From Paraspadella gotoi (lineage: Eukaryota > Animalia > Chaetognatha), in the NCBI GenBank assembly GCA_051294375.1, contig CM119270.1:21816519-21880518 (forward strand): a stretch of 64,000 bases of DNA. Reading direction: 5' to 3'. Position numbers and translations under genes: made by a program. Below the pieces are notes generated by a model. That model saw only the letters and a program-made list of their open reading frames with translations. It was not told the DNA's origin and did no database searches. Positions 37,994-52,810 of the stretch are shown in pieces. Numbering within the stretch: the stretch's first letter is position 1; each line of letters begins with the position of its first letter.

Positions 37994-38840
37994 CTTTTCC
38001 CCTCATCGAATTGAAATACTCCATCATGATGTTGTACGTGATATTGATGTTGATGTAGACAAGGATAACGATCACTTTTAAAGTTAGGTTTGCAAGAATG
38101 GAGAACACGTGTTGAAAAGGGATAACGAATCGGGGATATTCTCTTTCGATAATTATCGTCATCGTTATCGTCGTCGTCGTCGTCGTCGTTTCCATTGTTG
38201 AGTTTTCTTCGTCTCCAAACTTTTTGTCTTCTGCCACAATCAACTCCATTCTTCATTGTCACGTTTAGGCTACGAGGCGGTGCCACGTTCTCATTCTTCA
38301 TTGTCACGCGCTTGTTTTTCTTTGTCACGTCTTTCTCTATCACTGTCTCGTCATGATTAAACTCTGTCACGTCGACATTCATCATTGTAACGTCCGGTTT
38401 CGCATCTGCCACGGTTTCCTCCCACGCATCTGCCACGGTTCCCTTCCATATCAACGTGTCTCTTCCCAACGAATCTGTTCGTCCTTCATTGTGTCGTCGT
38501 CGTCCTGCTCCTCCTCCTCCTCCTCCTCCTCCTCGTTGTTGTTGTTGTTGTTCTCTTCTTCTCTTGTCTTCGTCCAACAAATAATAAATGAATTCTTCTT
38601 TTTCGTCGCGATTCGCGTCACACTTTGTCATCGTCGTCGTCGTCATGGTCGTCGTCGTCATCGTCGTCGCTGCCACCGGCGTCAGAGCCACGCCCACTGA
38701 TCCCCGAGAGGGCGTCGACGTCACCTCCGGTTTTTCGGCGCGGATGACCGACGAGCGGCGCTGGAGGAAAGGACGGCGGGCGGCAGTGGCGCCGGTGGCA
38801 GCGGCGGCGGCGGCAGCGGCGTGGAAAGGTTTTGAGAAAT
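37884..38840 (-). CDS. Candidate large internal exon (SKPFHAAAA..RRPFLQRRSSVIR..EFIYYLL..HDGVFQFDE..NNIFP), 5' end cut by a gap
   Basis: One open frame of ~320 codons through several trinucleotide tracts; donor CCAG|GTATG; acceptor ccatcag|AAC visible in the sister copies. Confidence 0.5.
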
Positions 38841-39574
38841 NNNNNNNNNNNNNNNNNNNNNNNNNAAATCTGCAATGAAAAGTTTCGTTTATTTAAAGTT
38901 TTTGTCTCACGTTATTGCACCCGCCACCGCTCCCAACGCAGCGCCCCCCCCGGCTCCCCGTCCCCCGCCGCCTCGACTTTTTTTCCGGTGTTTTCCTGCT
39001 TTTTTCGCTCTCGACGATGTCCGCGAAAACGAACCGACAAAGTTGTCTTTGTCGTCTGAACTCGGCCAACCTTTCACAAGCGCCATGCAGCCAAAAGCAC
39101 CCCCGTCATTATTTCGCTTTTTCGCTTTCCGCTCTCCGGTCCGCCGCAATTTTCATTCGCCCATCGCCCACCCTGCCGATTTTTCTCGTCTTGATTGCTG
39201 CGCTGCCCCTCGTTTCGGCCATTCGCCTGCCCATTTCGCCATTTGTCTGTTGTTTGCATTGTTCTGGGCCCGTCTCCTCGAGTTTGTTTATTTTTTATAT
39301 TCTGTTTCTTTCTTTTGTCCCTTTGTCGCGCCGTGTTTCGCCGCTCTCGCCATATTAGTCGGATTTATTTCAGGCGGGGCCATGTCCATTCCAGTCGCTA
39401 TCGCCGTCCGCCCCATGCTTATTTGTCTCCTCGATTATTGATTTTGTTGTGTTCCTTCCCAGTGTTCTCTCGCCCGTTAGATGGGTTGTTTTGCTCCCCT
39501 TCCCTCCTCCCTGGTTTCACTAAGTACACCGCCTGGCCGACTGTCGCCGGCGCGTCCGGTTCACCGTACGAAGG

Positions 39575-39690
39575 TGACGCACAGCACCGGCGCGCTTACG
39601 CTGCATTCTGTCTCGGTTCTGATTTTAAATATTCGAAATTCACGACAAAATAATCCTTTTACTTAATTTCCCGTCTTAATGCTCTCTCAC

Positions 39691-39725
<35 letters not shown>

Positions 39726-39737
39726 TCTCTGTCTGTC

Positions 39738-39795
<58 letters not shown>

Positions 39796-40128
39796 CCTCT
39801 CTCTCTCTTCTCTCTCTCTCTCTCTTCATTTCCTTTTTTCAAAGAAGCTTCAATGGAGATATGAGGAGGGAAAAGCAAGAGAACTCTCGCATCGACGGAA
39901 AGGTCGCAGAGGTCGCGATGAATATTTATAATATCACAGTGATTTAAATTTAAATGTAACTACTAATTTAAATACTATAGAGTATAGTAAACATTAATAT
40001 AATAGTAAGTGATGAAGGAAAGAGCTCGAGGCTTGGGCCTAACTAGGATGTCAGGTGTTTCAATTACCAAAGATTAATTTTTTAGTCATGTGAAGGGAGA
40101 GAGGAGGGAGAGAGAGGAGAGAGAGAAG

Positions 40129-40166
<38 letters not shown>

Positions 40167-40472
40167 AGAGATAGAGAGAGGAGAGAGATAGAGAGAGAGA
40201 GAGAGGAGAGAGAGGAGGAGAGAGAGAGACGAGAGGAGAGAGAGAGATTATTTATATATATTTTAAAAATAAATTTTATTTTTATACATTCACGGCTTTT
40301 GTTAAATGCGAAGATTTTAAAAGCGTCTGTGTACTCAACTGGGAATCATATTTACTTTCTCCGACAAAGACAACAAAAACAACAACACCTTCATCTCGAT
40401 GCATCGAACTTCGATTGAAAACAAGAAAATAAAATAAAGAAGACGACGAAGAATTAGGTGCGCTTTCTTCTC

Positions 40473-40554
<82 letters not shown>

Positions 40555-43095
40555 TTCTCTCTCTCTCTTTCTCACACACACATTGACGAGTCAACTTTTT
40601 AATTTAAACCATCAAACGGAGAGACATATTTTATTTTCTTTGTTTTCCAATCGAAGTTCGATGCATCGAGATGAAGGTGTTGTTGTTTTTGTTGTTGTTG
40701 TCGGAGAAAGTAAATATGATTCCAGTTGAGTAACAGACGCTTTTAAATCTTCGCATTTAACAAAAGCCGTGATGTATAAAAATAAAATTTATGTTTTAAA
40801 ATATATATAAATTAATCTCTCTCTCTCGTAATCGTCCTCTACCTCGTCGTCTCTCTCGTCATCGTCCTCGGTCTGCTCGTCTCCTATCGTCCTACTCTCA
40901 TGTCCTCCTCTAGTCTCTCATTCGTTTCGTCTCTCTCTCTCCTCGTAACTCTCTCGTCTCCGTCTCCTCTTCTCTCTCATTCTCTCTCTATCGTCCCAGT
41001 GCACATTAAAAAAGGTGTCAGTCCCTCTTGGTAAAACAGTTAGATGAAAACCACCCTGAACATTCCGTAGTTAGCCGACACCAAGCCCTCGAGCTCTTTC
41101 CTGTCATCCACGTTCTATAATTTAATGGTGTACCGTATACTCTAATTAGTACTGAAATAGGTAGTTACATTTAAATTTTGTAAATCACTGTTGATATTAT
41201 AAGCAGATATTCAGTCGCCGGACCTTCGTCGCAGTGGCCGCAGCAGTATCTCGTTGCGGTCTTCCACTCCGTACAGTTTAAGCCGTTCTATGAAAAAAAG
41301 GAAATGGTAAGAGAGAGAGAGCACGATGAACGGAGACAGAGAAAGCAGAGAGAGCAGAAGGCAAGAGACGATGGAGAGGAAGGCAGATGAGGAGAGCATG
41401 AGGACGCAGTATGAGAGAGAGAGATCGAGGACAAAGAGAGAGCACAGACAGAGAAGAGAGAAGAGAGAAGACCGTGCAGAGCGCAGCGATAGTGAGACGA
41501 GAGTAAGGATCGAGAGCATGTAGAGGAGAGCGAATGATGACGAACAGAAGAGCAGTTGGACACGGTAGAGGGCATTTTTAAGACGGGCGGAAATTAAGCT
41601 AAACAAGGCAGTTATGCTGTTGTGTCTCATGGGTTATGCAATTATCGAGTATCGTAAAAACGAATGGAGGAAGTATGCCGAGCGTTATGGCGCGCGCAAC
41701 GGACGAGCGACGACGCCTGGTGCCTCGTCGACTTGTACGGTGACGCGAGGTACTGGTGACGAGCACAACATCTGAGGACAAGTATGGCCGACGTCACGGG
41801 CCAACATGCGATGTGCGGGTGCTGTGACAGTCGTCGAACAAAGCGGTTATGGCACTGACAAATAAATCAAGCTGGGCGCGCTGTGATGCGTTGACGAGTG
41901 ATGGAGCACAACATTAACTCCGATCGTGTTTGTTTTACGAATTTATCTTTATTACAATTTATTTTGTCCACTAAAAAACGAGTTTTGAGAGTTCTGTGTT
42001 TATCTCGGAGTGGCATTTCTGCCAGTGAATGCGTGTGGTGAGTTGTGGAGGGTGGCAACTTAAGTGGCCTCCTGATGTTCAACGTGAAATTGACGATAAC
42101 GAAAAAAAACCAATTAAATCCTTTTCTGTTTTGTTTGTTGCGTGGAGGCGAAGAGATGAGAGAAGAGAGATGAGATGAGGAGACGAGAAGAGAGAGAGAC
42201 GAGAGAGAGAGAGCTCAGAGGAGAGAGAGAGAGAGCATGAGAGAGATGAGATGAGTAGAGAACCGAGGATCGAGAGAGCAGGAGCTAGAGAGAAAGAGAA
42301 GAGGGAGAGGGAGAGGGAGAGGAGAGAGATGCTCTCTCGTTTGTTCGTGATATCACGTTGCCCTCATTTTTATTTGTTTTTATTCCTTTTTTCTCGCAAA
42401 TAACTAAACATGGAACTGAGTTTCGCTTCATTGACTTTTTATCGTGTTTGATCGTAACTAGACGGGGTCAGATCATCACGAGACAACTTATGTCTTAGCA
42501 AAGTTCTCGTCTACAAGACATTTAAATTAAAATAACTCGGTGTATCACGAATTAACTCGCCCCGATAAAAATAAAAATTTAAACAACAGACAAGAAAGAA
42601 ACCGTAAATGTTAACACGTTCCGATTTAATGACTAACTAATATTTAGTTAGGAAGCCTGTCGTTATTTACATACATAAACATTAACAAATAGGTTAATGA
42701 CTCAACAAGCCAACCCGCTTTTATAATTATTCAATATCCAAGCAAGCCCTCAGCATGCTTGTTTTTTCCCACCTAAACTACCCATCTTTTAAAATTTTAA
42801 AAATGCTGACATCAAAAATTTTCTCGCGCAGAAAAAAAGAAGGAAATATTTTTTTTTCAGAAGAAGAAAAAAATATTTCTCATCGGTTCTTTTTGACCTT
42901 TTCTCTAGAAATACGAGTTTTTTCCCTTTTTTTCGTTTTTTTTTGTGTTTTCCAGTAAAAAAGTTATCACTCGGAAATCTTTTTTTTTTTTCAAAACACG
43001 AAAATTTTTATTTGAAAATTATTTCTTTTTGAGGTGTATATATTTTTAGTTAATAGTTCCGACTCTCTTCTCTCTCTCTCTCTTCTACTCTCTCT

Positions 43096-43130
<35 letters not shown>

Positions 43131-45670
43131 CTGCCTTCCTTCTTAATTTGCATAACCAAGAATTTAATATCAGCCTCGAATTTTTAACTGAATTATTTTA
43201 AATATTAATCTTTCTTTCTCTTTTCTCATTCGACGCCAGAAGAAATTTTTCTCTTTTTAGAAATGAAATTTGCTTTGACATTCGCGGTTACGATATCGTC
43301 AGGACCGTGTTTATTTGTAACACTACCAAAATATTTTTTGTTAATTAACGACTTTAGCAACGAAAGAGATGCTTAATTATCTAAGTTACAAATTATAAGG
43401 TTTAATTAGTTTATGAGCAAATAAATAATGTTGTAACCGAATCTCAGAATTATCCTAGCTTAAATTAGATTAAAAGCTTGCTATAATATGAAACACCTCC
43501 AAAGCCTGAATTTCTTATTCATAATACCAATTTAGTAGAGAACAGTATTTTTTTCATTAATTTTGACGCGTGAACCACTTACAATATCATATTCTTTTAA
43601 AGTGTTAAACATTCATTATTTTGTCGAAAAACAGTTTTTTCTACTTTTTTTTGATAAAACACAAAACAAAAACTTTTTTTTACTTTTTTTGATAAAACAC
43701 AAAACAAAAAAAGTTTTTCAAAAAACTAGAATACAAAATCGACGCCACACACGAAAGGTAGAGTTTCACGTCGCCATTAGGATTGTCAAAACTTGATACC
43801 TCATTTATACTATATTATTTCCTTTGCACGTACCCGTGTCCGATTCGCGAAGTGACGCCAAAAAATCGCTCCCATTACTCATTGGCCTCAAGTCATCTTT
43901 TGTGACATCGTAATATCAATATGCGTCATAAAAAATGTCGGGATATTTGAGATTATATATTTATAGATAAGGCGCTAAGTGATCTCCGCAACTTCTTTAA
44001 CCCCCTCTAGCAGTCATGGAACGGAGACCTGGGGTTGGAACTGAAGAGACAGTAACTATTGTTATGTGGTTAGTGACAGAACCGTTCAATATAAGCAGTC
44101 CCTGAGCTTCGGATCAGGTTGTAACACCGTGTTACATGCGGGTTAAGCGCCCCGTCCCCTTAATGCTAAGCGACTACAGGGCTTTTGGTTGGTTGGCACC
44201 TTTGGTTTGGGAGGGCGACGATATGACGTTGCCTCCCGAGCCACAATGGCCGCTGAATGAACGCGTTGTTGGATTTTTAGTTCCACCATAGAACCATGCC
44301 TTGAAGTTTTCGACGGCCCCCAACGTGGTTTACGATGGTCGTCCCTACACGGGGATACACGACAGGATAGGTAAGGGCGTAGGAATCGAACATGATGCCA
44401 TGGTACCTCATGATGCGCGGTCATGAGCGTGAAGATTTTAGTCCAATAAATAACCACGGTGCGACGAGTGAAGTCGGTCAGGTGTTTATTAAGTCGGGGT
44501 GAACTTATGCTATATGACGCCAACTACATATTTCTACCAAGAATTTACCGTTGTTACAAATAACAAATTAAAGTCATGTAGACATTCACATCCAGGCATT
44601 CTATGAACAGGAAATGCGCCGAACCGCATTCCGGAAATAGTCGGCAATATTTTCTTTCAAATTAACTAAAATTGCGATCTTTACAATGTTTTGTAAGTTG
44701 TATGTTTCTTGTCAACTGGCTGATGAAAGCTTCGTGTTCATCACTTTTAATGAGATAACATAAATAAAAGAGATAGAACCTTATCGTCTCGATCTCTGTC
44801 TGCTCGTCTCTCTCTGGTTCTCTCTCTCTCTCTTCCTCTCTCTCTCTGCTCTCCAGTTCGATTCGTTTCCTGTTCATGGTACAATTAAGAGGGAAATTTT
44901 AATTTCAACGAAAAGGAAGAAAGGCGTTTTGAGGGACGGAGAGAGAGAGAGAGAGGAGGAGAAGAGAGAGAGAGAAGCAGAGAGAGAAGGAGAGAGAATC
45001 CTTCTCCCCCTTCACTTTCATTGCTTTCCCATCTTCCTCCAGCCTCATGTTGTCATTTCTCGCCGGGAGAGAGAGAGAGAGATGAGAGATGAGTAGAGAG
45101 AGAGAGAGAGAGCAGACGAGAGCAGAGAGAGCAGAGAGAGTATTTTCCTCGCCAGGAAGCCTGAGACGGAAAGGGGAGGCAGTGTCTACTCCAGTGTAAG
45201 TTAACTAATAGAGAATAAGAAAAAGGCATGGAATTGTCGTCTCTTTCTCCCTCTTTCTTGCTCTCGTGTCTGTGCTCTCGTCTCTCTCTTCTCCTCTCTC
45301 TCGTCTCTGCTCTTCGTCGTCGTCGATCGTCTCTGGCTCTCGGTCTCTCGTCGTCTCTCTTCTGTTCTCATATCTTCTCTCACTGTCATTTTTTTGTCTG
45401 GTGTTAGTGTCTATCACGTTGTACCAGCTGATTAAGTTAACATATATTTAATAGAATTAAGTATAGTGTTCTAGAGTAACGGCAACTAAAAGTCGTGCGG
45501 TTGTAATTTAAAGTATTTTTTCATGTTGCATGTTATGGAAAAGCGCAAGTTAAGGATGATGGTAAGAACACATAGTCTTTTGCTGATTTTGTAATTGTTG
45601 AAACGGTAAACTATGCTACTTAGTTTGGTAGGTGATATAAGGCTGGTTTCTTGTTTATTAATATTGTTTG
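39575..45670. repeat. Fold-back copy: 39575-40615 direct copy of ~34105-35105, then 40627-45670 inverted noisy copy of ~30370-34925
   Basis: The sequence turns back on itself at ~40620; heavy insertion noise at 41.0-42.3 and 44.2-45.6 kb. Confidence 0.88.
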
Positions 45671-45721
45671 TAGTCTATCTGTCCTCCTCTTTTGTTNNNN
45701 NNNNNNNNNNNNNNNNNNNNN

Positions 45722-46013
45722 TGGAAATTTTATAATGGTTACCAATTTTTTTAACATTTCATATTTTTCATGCGATAACGAAAGAATGACAAAATACAAA
45801 ATAAAAAATACTCGATTAAATATCAATGTACGACAACATTTACTAATAATGTCAGTCCTAGAAATAACGACTTAAATCTGTTGGAAATGTCCGCCAGAAG
45901 ATCGTTGCTTGCAAAAAATGGGGGGTAAGAGAATATGATTGTGCCGATTAGTGAGTTTTTAATGTCCAAGAGAATTCCACAGATTTCAAGACAGCGCGAA
46001 TATTAATGCTCTA

Positions 46014-46100
<87 letters not shown>

Positions 46101-46192
46101 CTCTAATATTTTCCCATTCCAGTTATTTTTTCCAAGAATTTTTTTCTCGTTTCATAGCTATTTATGACTGCCTGAAATCATCTCTATGTCTC

Positions 46193-46232
<40 letters not shown>

Positions 46233-46873
46233 TCTCTCTCTTCTCTCTCTCTCTCTCTCTCTCTCTCAACAAAAAAGGAGAAATGTGAGACGATCAAAGA
46301 AATTCTGGTGTATTTTGTCGCCTGAGTCAATATTCATCGTACAAACCACGAATTTTCTTTTTCTCTTTCTTTTTCTAATTCCTCTCCCTTTTTTCCCTTT
46401 TATTTCTTTCCTTTTTCCTTTCTTTCCTTTTTCATTTCTTTTTTTTTCTCTTCTTTGCCTCAACCTCTCTTTCCCTTCACACCCTTTTATCTTTTCTTTC
46501 TATCTCTCCTTTCTCTCCTTTCTTTCATTCAATTTTTTGTCTCTCTTCTCTTCCTTTCTCTTGGCTTCCTTTCTTTCTCTCTTTCATTCATTCCCTTTTT
46601 TTGTCTCTCTCTCTTCCTTTTTTCTTTGCTTCCTCTCTTTTTTTCCTTTCTTTCTCTTCTTTCCTTTTCTTTCCCAAATGAAAAAGAAAAGATCTTCTTA
46701 TCAGATTTGGTTCTCATTTCTCCTCCGACGTCGAATCTGAAAAAAAAATAATGGAATTTAATTGAAAAAAAATTTAAAATTTTTTTGTTTTGTTTATTTA
46801 ATACAAATAGTTTAATCCTAATCCTGTGTTCGTCCCCCTCTTTTCTGTTTCTTGTCTATTCTTTTTTGTTTCC

Positions 46874-46945
<72 letters not shown>

Positions 46946-47241
46946 CTCTGTTTCTTACTCCCCGATCTCTCTGTTTCTTAATCCTAAATCTCATCTGTTT
47001 CCTCTACCTAAGTTTCGCTGTTTCCTCTTCCATAATTTTATGTTCTCTATCCACCCGTCTTGTTTTCTATTAACGATCCTCTTGTTTTCTGTCCACCGTC
47101 CTTTGTTTCTATCCCTATTTTCTTGTTTTCTATCCCTATTTCACACTTTCCCCTTTTTCCATCGAGCATCGAGATTTTCGCTTTTAAACCGATGTTCCTC
47201 GCCACTATGACAGAATCGTGGTTTCACTTCTATCGAGACTT

Positions 47242-47294
<53 letters not shown>

Positions 47295-47779
47295 CTCTTT
47301 CTCTCTCTCTCTCTTCTCTCTCTTCTCACAAACCTTTTTTTCTCAGTCAGCAGTTTCGTCATTGAAATTTATCTCTGTTGATTTTCTGTCTCAGATTTTT
47401 TTTCCATTTTTCCATTCTGTCATTATTTTCTGTCATTATTTTCTGTCATTATTTCTGTAATTATTTTTTGTCATTATTTTATATCATATTTTCTGACACT
47501 ATTTTATGTCATTATTTTCTGACACTATTTTATGTCATTATTCTGTCATTTTTTCCTCATCCTCTCGTTTATTCTGTTTCTATTCCACTCTGCTCTTTGC
47601 TCTCTCTTCCCCTCCCTCTCCTCTCCCCTTCCTTCCCTCTCCTCTCTCACTCAATCGTCCAATCTGTCCCTTCCTTTCTCAGCATTTTTGCTTTTCCCAA
47701 AACATTATCTTTCACTCTCTCTCACGCTGTCTCCTTTCTCTCTCTCTCTCTCTCTCTGTCTTCTCTCTCCTCTCTCTCG

Positions 47780-47820
<41 letters not shown>

Positions 47821-49440
47821 CTCTCTCTCCCTCTCTCTCCCCTCTCACCTTCTGCTTCTCCAGTACCGTCTCTTGTCTTCCTTTTCTTCTTCCCTCACTC
47901 CCCGGATGTCGAAGAACTCCAAACCTGGAAATAACTGACAAGAAGCCGGATTGTTATAGGATTCACGTTACCCAGGATGTAATGATGTTGACCGCTTTCC
48001 GCAGTGGTCGACTGAGGATCCCGAATGTTATTTGTATCCACTGATGTTCCCGGTTGTAACTGGATTTGGCCGCAGACTTCGGGAGAAGCCGACTGAGAAC
48101 CCCGGATGTAATTGCAATCGGCTAAAAACCCGCTTGTAACTGGAGTTGACTGGAAGTCTCGAAAGGCCGACTGAGAACCCCGGATGTAATTGAAAAATCG
48201 GGCGAAAAATCCGGATGTAACTGGAGTTGGCCTGGATTCCAGAGTGAAGGGCAGAGGTTAGGGTCGGGCGGAGAGCGAGAGAGCGAATCGCCGTCGAGAG
48301 AGAGCGAGTGGCCAGAGGAGGAGAGGGCGTCGCGATGGCGTCGCGAGAGAGAGACAGAGTCCGGAGGATAAGAGAGAGCGACGACCTTTGCTCTGTAGGT
48401 CGGCGTCGAAACGACGCCGGCGTCGTCGTCGTCGGATTTTCTCGCTGGAATTTAGATTGGGGCGCCAACTTCCTTATTGTGCGCTGCAAACTCGTGGACC
48501 GGCGCGAACTGGACCGCGGATCAGCACCGGAAGCGTCAGCGAATTTCGGGGTCGGCGCCGGAAGTTGGTGCAAATAGCGGCGAACGCGTACGGCGTAGAT
48601 TTTCGGCGAACGTGGAATCGGGATGAGGCGCTGAGTGTTCGACGATGGTTTTTCGGGAAAGTCTTGAATTGGCGAAGCAAACTCGTAAATTGGCGCTGTG
48701 GAGCCATTCCTCATTGCTCCGCAAAGTCTGGTATCGCGCGCTGGAATATCTTTGATTGGCGCTGTTGGAGCCAATCCTCATTGCTCGCAAAGTCTCTGAA
48801 TCCGGCGCTGCAATGTCTTTGATTGGTGCTGTGGATGCCAATCCTCATTGCTCCGCAAAAGTCTGGTCATCGGCGCTGAATATCTTTGATTAGGCTGGCT
48901 GTGGAGTCAATCCTCATGGCGCTGCAATGTCTTGAATCCGGCGACGCGCAAATCAAGGATCGGCAGCCTCCGGTTTTGGAAAAGGCGCCGCGAATCCATA
49001 ACAGAAATCTGGAGGAAACTTAAAGACGGTGTCTGAGGAGGCAGGTGGGGGAGGAGGAAGAAGGGGAGGAGGGAGGAAGAAGGGGAGGGAGGGGAGAGAG
49101 AGAAAGGAGGAACGAGGGGTGAGGAAGAGGAGTCAGGTAGCAGCAGAGAAAGAGGCAAATAGGGGTGTGAAGGGAGTAGTTAAAAGAAAAGAAAAATAAA
49201 AAGAAAAGAAAATATACAACAAGTTATTTTAAACCAATTATTAAACAAAGTAGAGAAGATAAAAATTCGGGAATCAAAAAGAAGAAAAGGAAAAAGAAGA
49301 ATGAAAAAAGTAAGATAAAAATAAGAAAGATAAAAAAGAAAGAATAAAAAAAAAGAAAAAAGAGAAAGTAAAAAAGAAATAAAAAAGAAAGAATAAAAAA
49401 GAATAAAAAAAAAGAATAAAAAAAAGAAAGAATAAAAAAT
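45722..49440. repeat. Direct copy of ~25340-30210
   Basis: Collinear match from aattttataatgg.taccaattt onward. Confidence 0.9.
47899..49032 (-). other. Indel-ridden second assembly copy of the 28722-29848 exon
   Basis: Same sequence and splice sites with scattered 1-nt indels. Confidence 0.6.
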
Positions 49441-51425
49441 AGAATAAAAAGAGACGATAAAAAAGAAAGCAAGATAGAGGCTCACCCTACCGCCAGACCT
49501 CTCTCTCCCCCGGGCCTTCTCTTCCCGCCTCTCAACGCCTCTCTCGTCGTCGCTCTCTTCATCCCCGGTCCGGTAACTTAATCGGCTACTAGCTCATTCC
49601 CTCTCGGTCGGGTTACTATCCTCCTCTCTCCCTGGGACCTGATCTTGGTACTGTTATACCATTAGATACCCACTACTCCGGTAGTTTATTACTAGTCATA
49701 CGGGCCAATTGAAACCTTTGTTATTGATCTTGGATCTCTGTTTCACCTAGTCTAACGTTATTAATTTTTCTCTCTGTCTATTCTACATTCGGTTTTTTTT
49801 TTCCTACTCGACTCATCCACCATACTTGAGAAAAGAATTTTGTGATACACGTCTCCTTCCCGATAGTACTAACACCTGTCTCCAAACGAACACAAACTCC
49901 CGACTCTCCGCACTATACTCCGTTCGCCTCAACACCACATAACAACCATGAAGCGTCGACTCGGGAGGGGCAATACCACTTGGGCCGCCCACGTCTCCCA
50001 TCACCTAACCTGGCCTGCCTCCCCTTTCAAATACCACCAGAGATGGAGACAGTCACGTCATTCTAAGGTACAATGGCTCCAGGAACGTAGAGCTACACCT
50101 TCCGCGAATTCTCTACCGGTCTCCCTCTCACGTTCCTCCTCCTCCGCTTACATGCGAGGAGATCTTGGAGACGTCATAGTCACTCCCCGCGGGCAATACT
50201 CTCGCCTCGCTTATTAGTACCCTTGTAATATATGTATCAAATACTCCTATACCTGTCCCCCTGATGGACTTTATACTACGCTTAGCGATACATTCGGCAG
50301 AACAGAATAAAACAAAAAAGAATAAAAAAGAAAAGAATAAGAAAAAAGGAAGCAATAAAAAAAGAAAAAATAAAAAAATAAAAATAAAAAAAAAGAAAGA
50401 AATAAAAAATAAAAAGAGAGAATAAAAAAAGAAAGAAATAAACAAGAAGATATAAAAAGAAAGAATAAGAAAAAGGAAGAATAAGAAAAGAAAGATAAAA
50501 AAAGAAAGAATATAAAAGAAAGAATAAAAAAGAGAGAATAAAAAAGAAAGAATAAAAACAAGAAAGGAATAAAAAAAAGAGATATAGCAAAAAAGGAAGA
50601 ATAAAAAAGAAAGAATAAAAAAGAGAAGAGAAAAAAAAAAGAAGAATAAAAAAAAGAATAAAAAAAGAGTAAATAAAAGAAAGAATAAAACAGAGAAAGA
50701 ATAAAAAAGAAAGAATAAGAACAAAGGAAGATAAAAAGAATAAAAGAAAGAAAGAATAAATAGAAAAAGAAAGAATAAAAAAAAGAAAGAATAAAAAAGG
50801 CGATGAAATTTGACGGAGAAAAAAAATAATTGAAAATCAAGAAGCGAGAGATATTGGAGGGAAGAAGGGAGGAAGGGGTAAGGAGGAGGAGGAGAAGGGG
50901 GAAGGAGGAGGAGAAGGGGGAGAGGAGGAAAAGGGGGGGAGGGGGAATGAGGAAGAGAGAGAAAATTAAGGGAAGAGTGAGAGGAAGAGGATAAGAAGAG
51001 GAAGGAGGAGAAAGAGGAGGAGAGGGCCGAGGAGGAGAAGAAGGGAGGAAGGGGGAGGAGGAGGAGGAGAAGGAAAGAAGAGCAGGAGGAGGAGTAAAAA
51101 GGGAGGGAGGTGGAAGGAGGAGAGGGCGAAGGGAGGAAGTGGAAGGGTAGGAGAAAAAAGGAAGGAACAGAGAGAAGGGAGAGTGAAAGATAGGGAAAGA
51201 GGAGGAGGAGATGGAGGAGGAGAAGGAGAGGGAAGAGGAGGAGGAGAAGAAAAGGGAAGAAAGGAGGAAAAGAAGGAGAAGAAAGGAAGGAAGAGGGAGG
51301 AAGAGGAGGAGCAGGAGAGGAAAAGGGAGGATTGAGAGGAAGGGGGGAGGTGAGGAAGGGAGGGAGGAAGAGGAGGAGAGGAGAGGAGGAGAAGAAGAAG
51401 CCAAGGGAAGGGAAACGAGAGACGT

Positions 51426-51464
<39 letters not shown>

Positions 51465-51582
51465 CGAGAGACGGAGAGAGAGGAGACGAGAGCGAGAAGA
51501 GAGACGAGAGAGAGATTTTTAAACGGAATTCAATCAAAATCGATGTCAAGGAAAAGAATAGACATTATTTTGATAGAACTCG

Positions 51583-51622
<40 letters not shown>

Positions 51623-51632
51623 TCTCTCTCCT

Positions 51633-51665
<33 letters not shown>

Positions 51666-51680
51666 TATCGCCCCTAAATA

Positions 51681-52661
51681 CTGGAAAATATTATTGGAGA
51701 CAATCACTCGCGGAGAGATTCGAGGTAGGAGACGCTGTGGTTGTTGTTGTTGTCTCGTCGTCGCTCGTCGTCCCGTCGTCGTCGTCGCGTCCTTTTCCTC
51801 ATCGATTGAAATACTCATCATGATGTTGTACGTGATATTGATGTTGATGTAGACAAGATATACGAGTCACTTTTAAAGTTAGGTTTGCAAGAATGAGAGA
51901 ACACGGTTGAAAAGGGATAACGAATCGGGGATATTTCTCTTTCGATAATTATCGTCATCGTTATCTGTCGTCGTCGTCGTCGTCGTTTCCACTGTTGAGT
52001 TTTCTTTCGTCTCCAACTTTTTGTCTTTCTGCCACAATCAACATCCATTCTTCATTGTCACTTTAGGCTAGCGAGGCGGTGCACGTTCTCATTCTTCATT
52101 GTCAACGCGCTTGTTTTTCTTTGTCACGTCTTTCTCTATCACTGTCTCGTCATGATTAAACTCTAGTCACGTCGACATTCATGCATTGTAACGTCCGGTT
52201 TCGCATCTGCCACGGTTTCCTCCACGCATCTGCCACGGTTCCCTTCCTATCAACGTGTCTCTTCGCAACGAATCTGTTCGTCCCTTCATTGTGTCGTCGT
52301 CGTCCTGCTCCTCCTCCTACCTCCTGCTGCCTCCTCAGTTGTTGTTGTTGTTGTTCTCTTTGCTTATCTTGTCTCTCGTCCAACAATAATAAATGAATTC
52401 TTCTTTTTTCGTCGCGATTCGCGTCACACTTTGTCATCGTCGTCGTCGTCAATGTCGTCGTCGTCGTCGTCGTCGCTGCCACCGGCCGTCAGAAGCCACA
52501 AGCCCACTGATCCCCGAGAGGGCGTCGACGTCCGCTCCGGTTTTTCCGGGCGCGGATGACGCGACGAGCGGCGCTGAGGAAAGGACGGCGGCGGCAGTGG
52601 CGCCGTGTGCGCGGCGGCGGCGGCAGCGGCGTGTGAAAGGTTTTGAGAAAATGTTCTCGTT
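51681..52661 (-). other. Frameshifted assembly copy of the 37884-38840 exon
   Basis: Same sequence with indels; acceptor at 52662. Confidence 0.55.
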
Positions 52662-52723
52662 CTGATGGTTTAAAATTTAAAGTTGACTCGTCAATGTGTG
52701 TGTGAGAAAGAGAGAGAGAAGAA

Positions 52724-52810
<87 letters not shown>

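Noticed and set aside
38866-39575. GC-rich stretch with 150-190 aa ORFs
   Set aside because: Lies between a gap and a noisy duplicated read, has no recognisable protein features, and is probably low-quality sequence.
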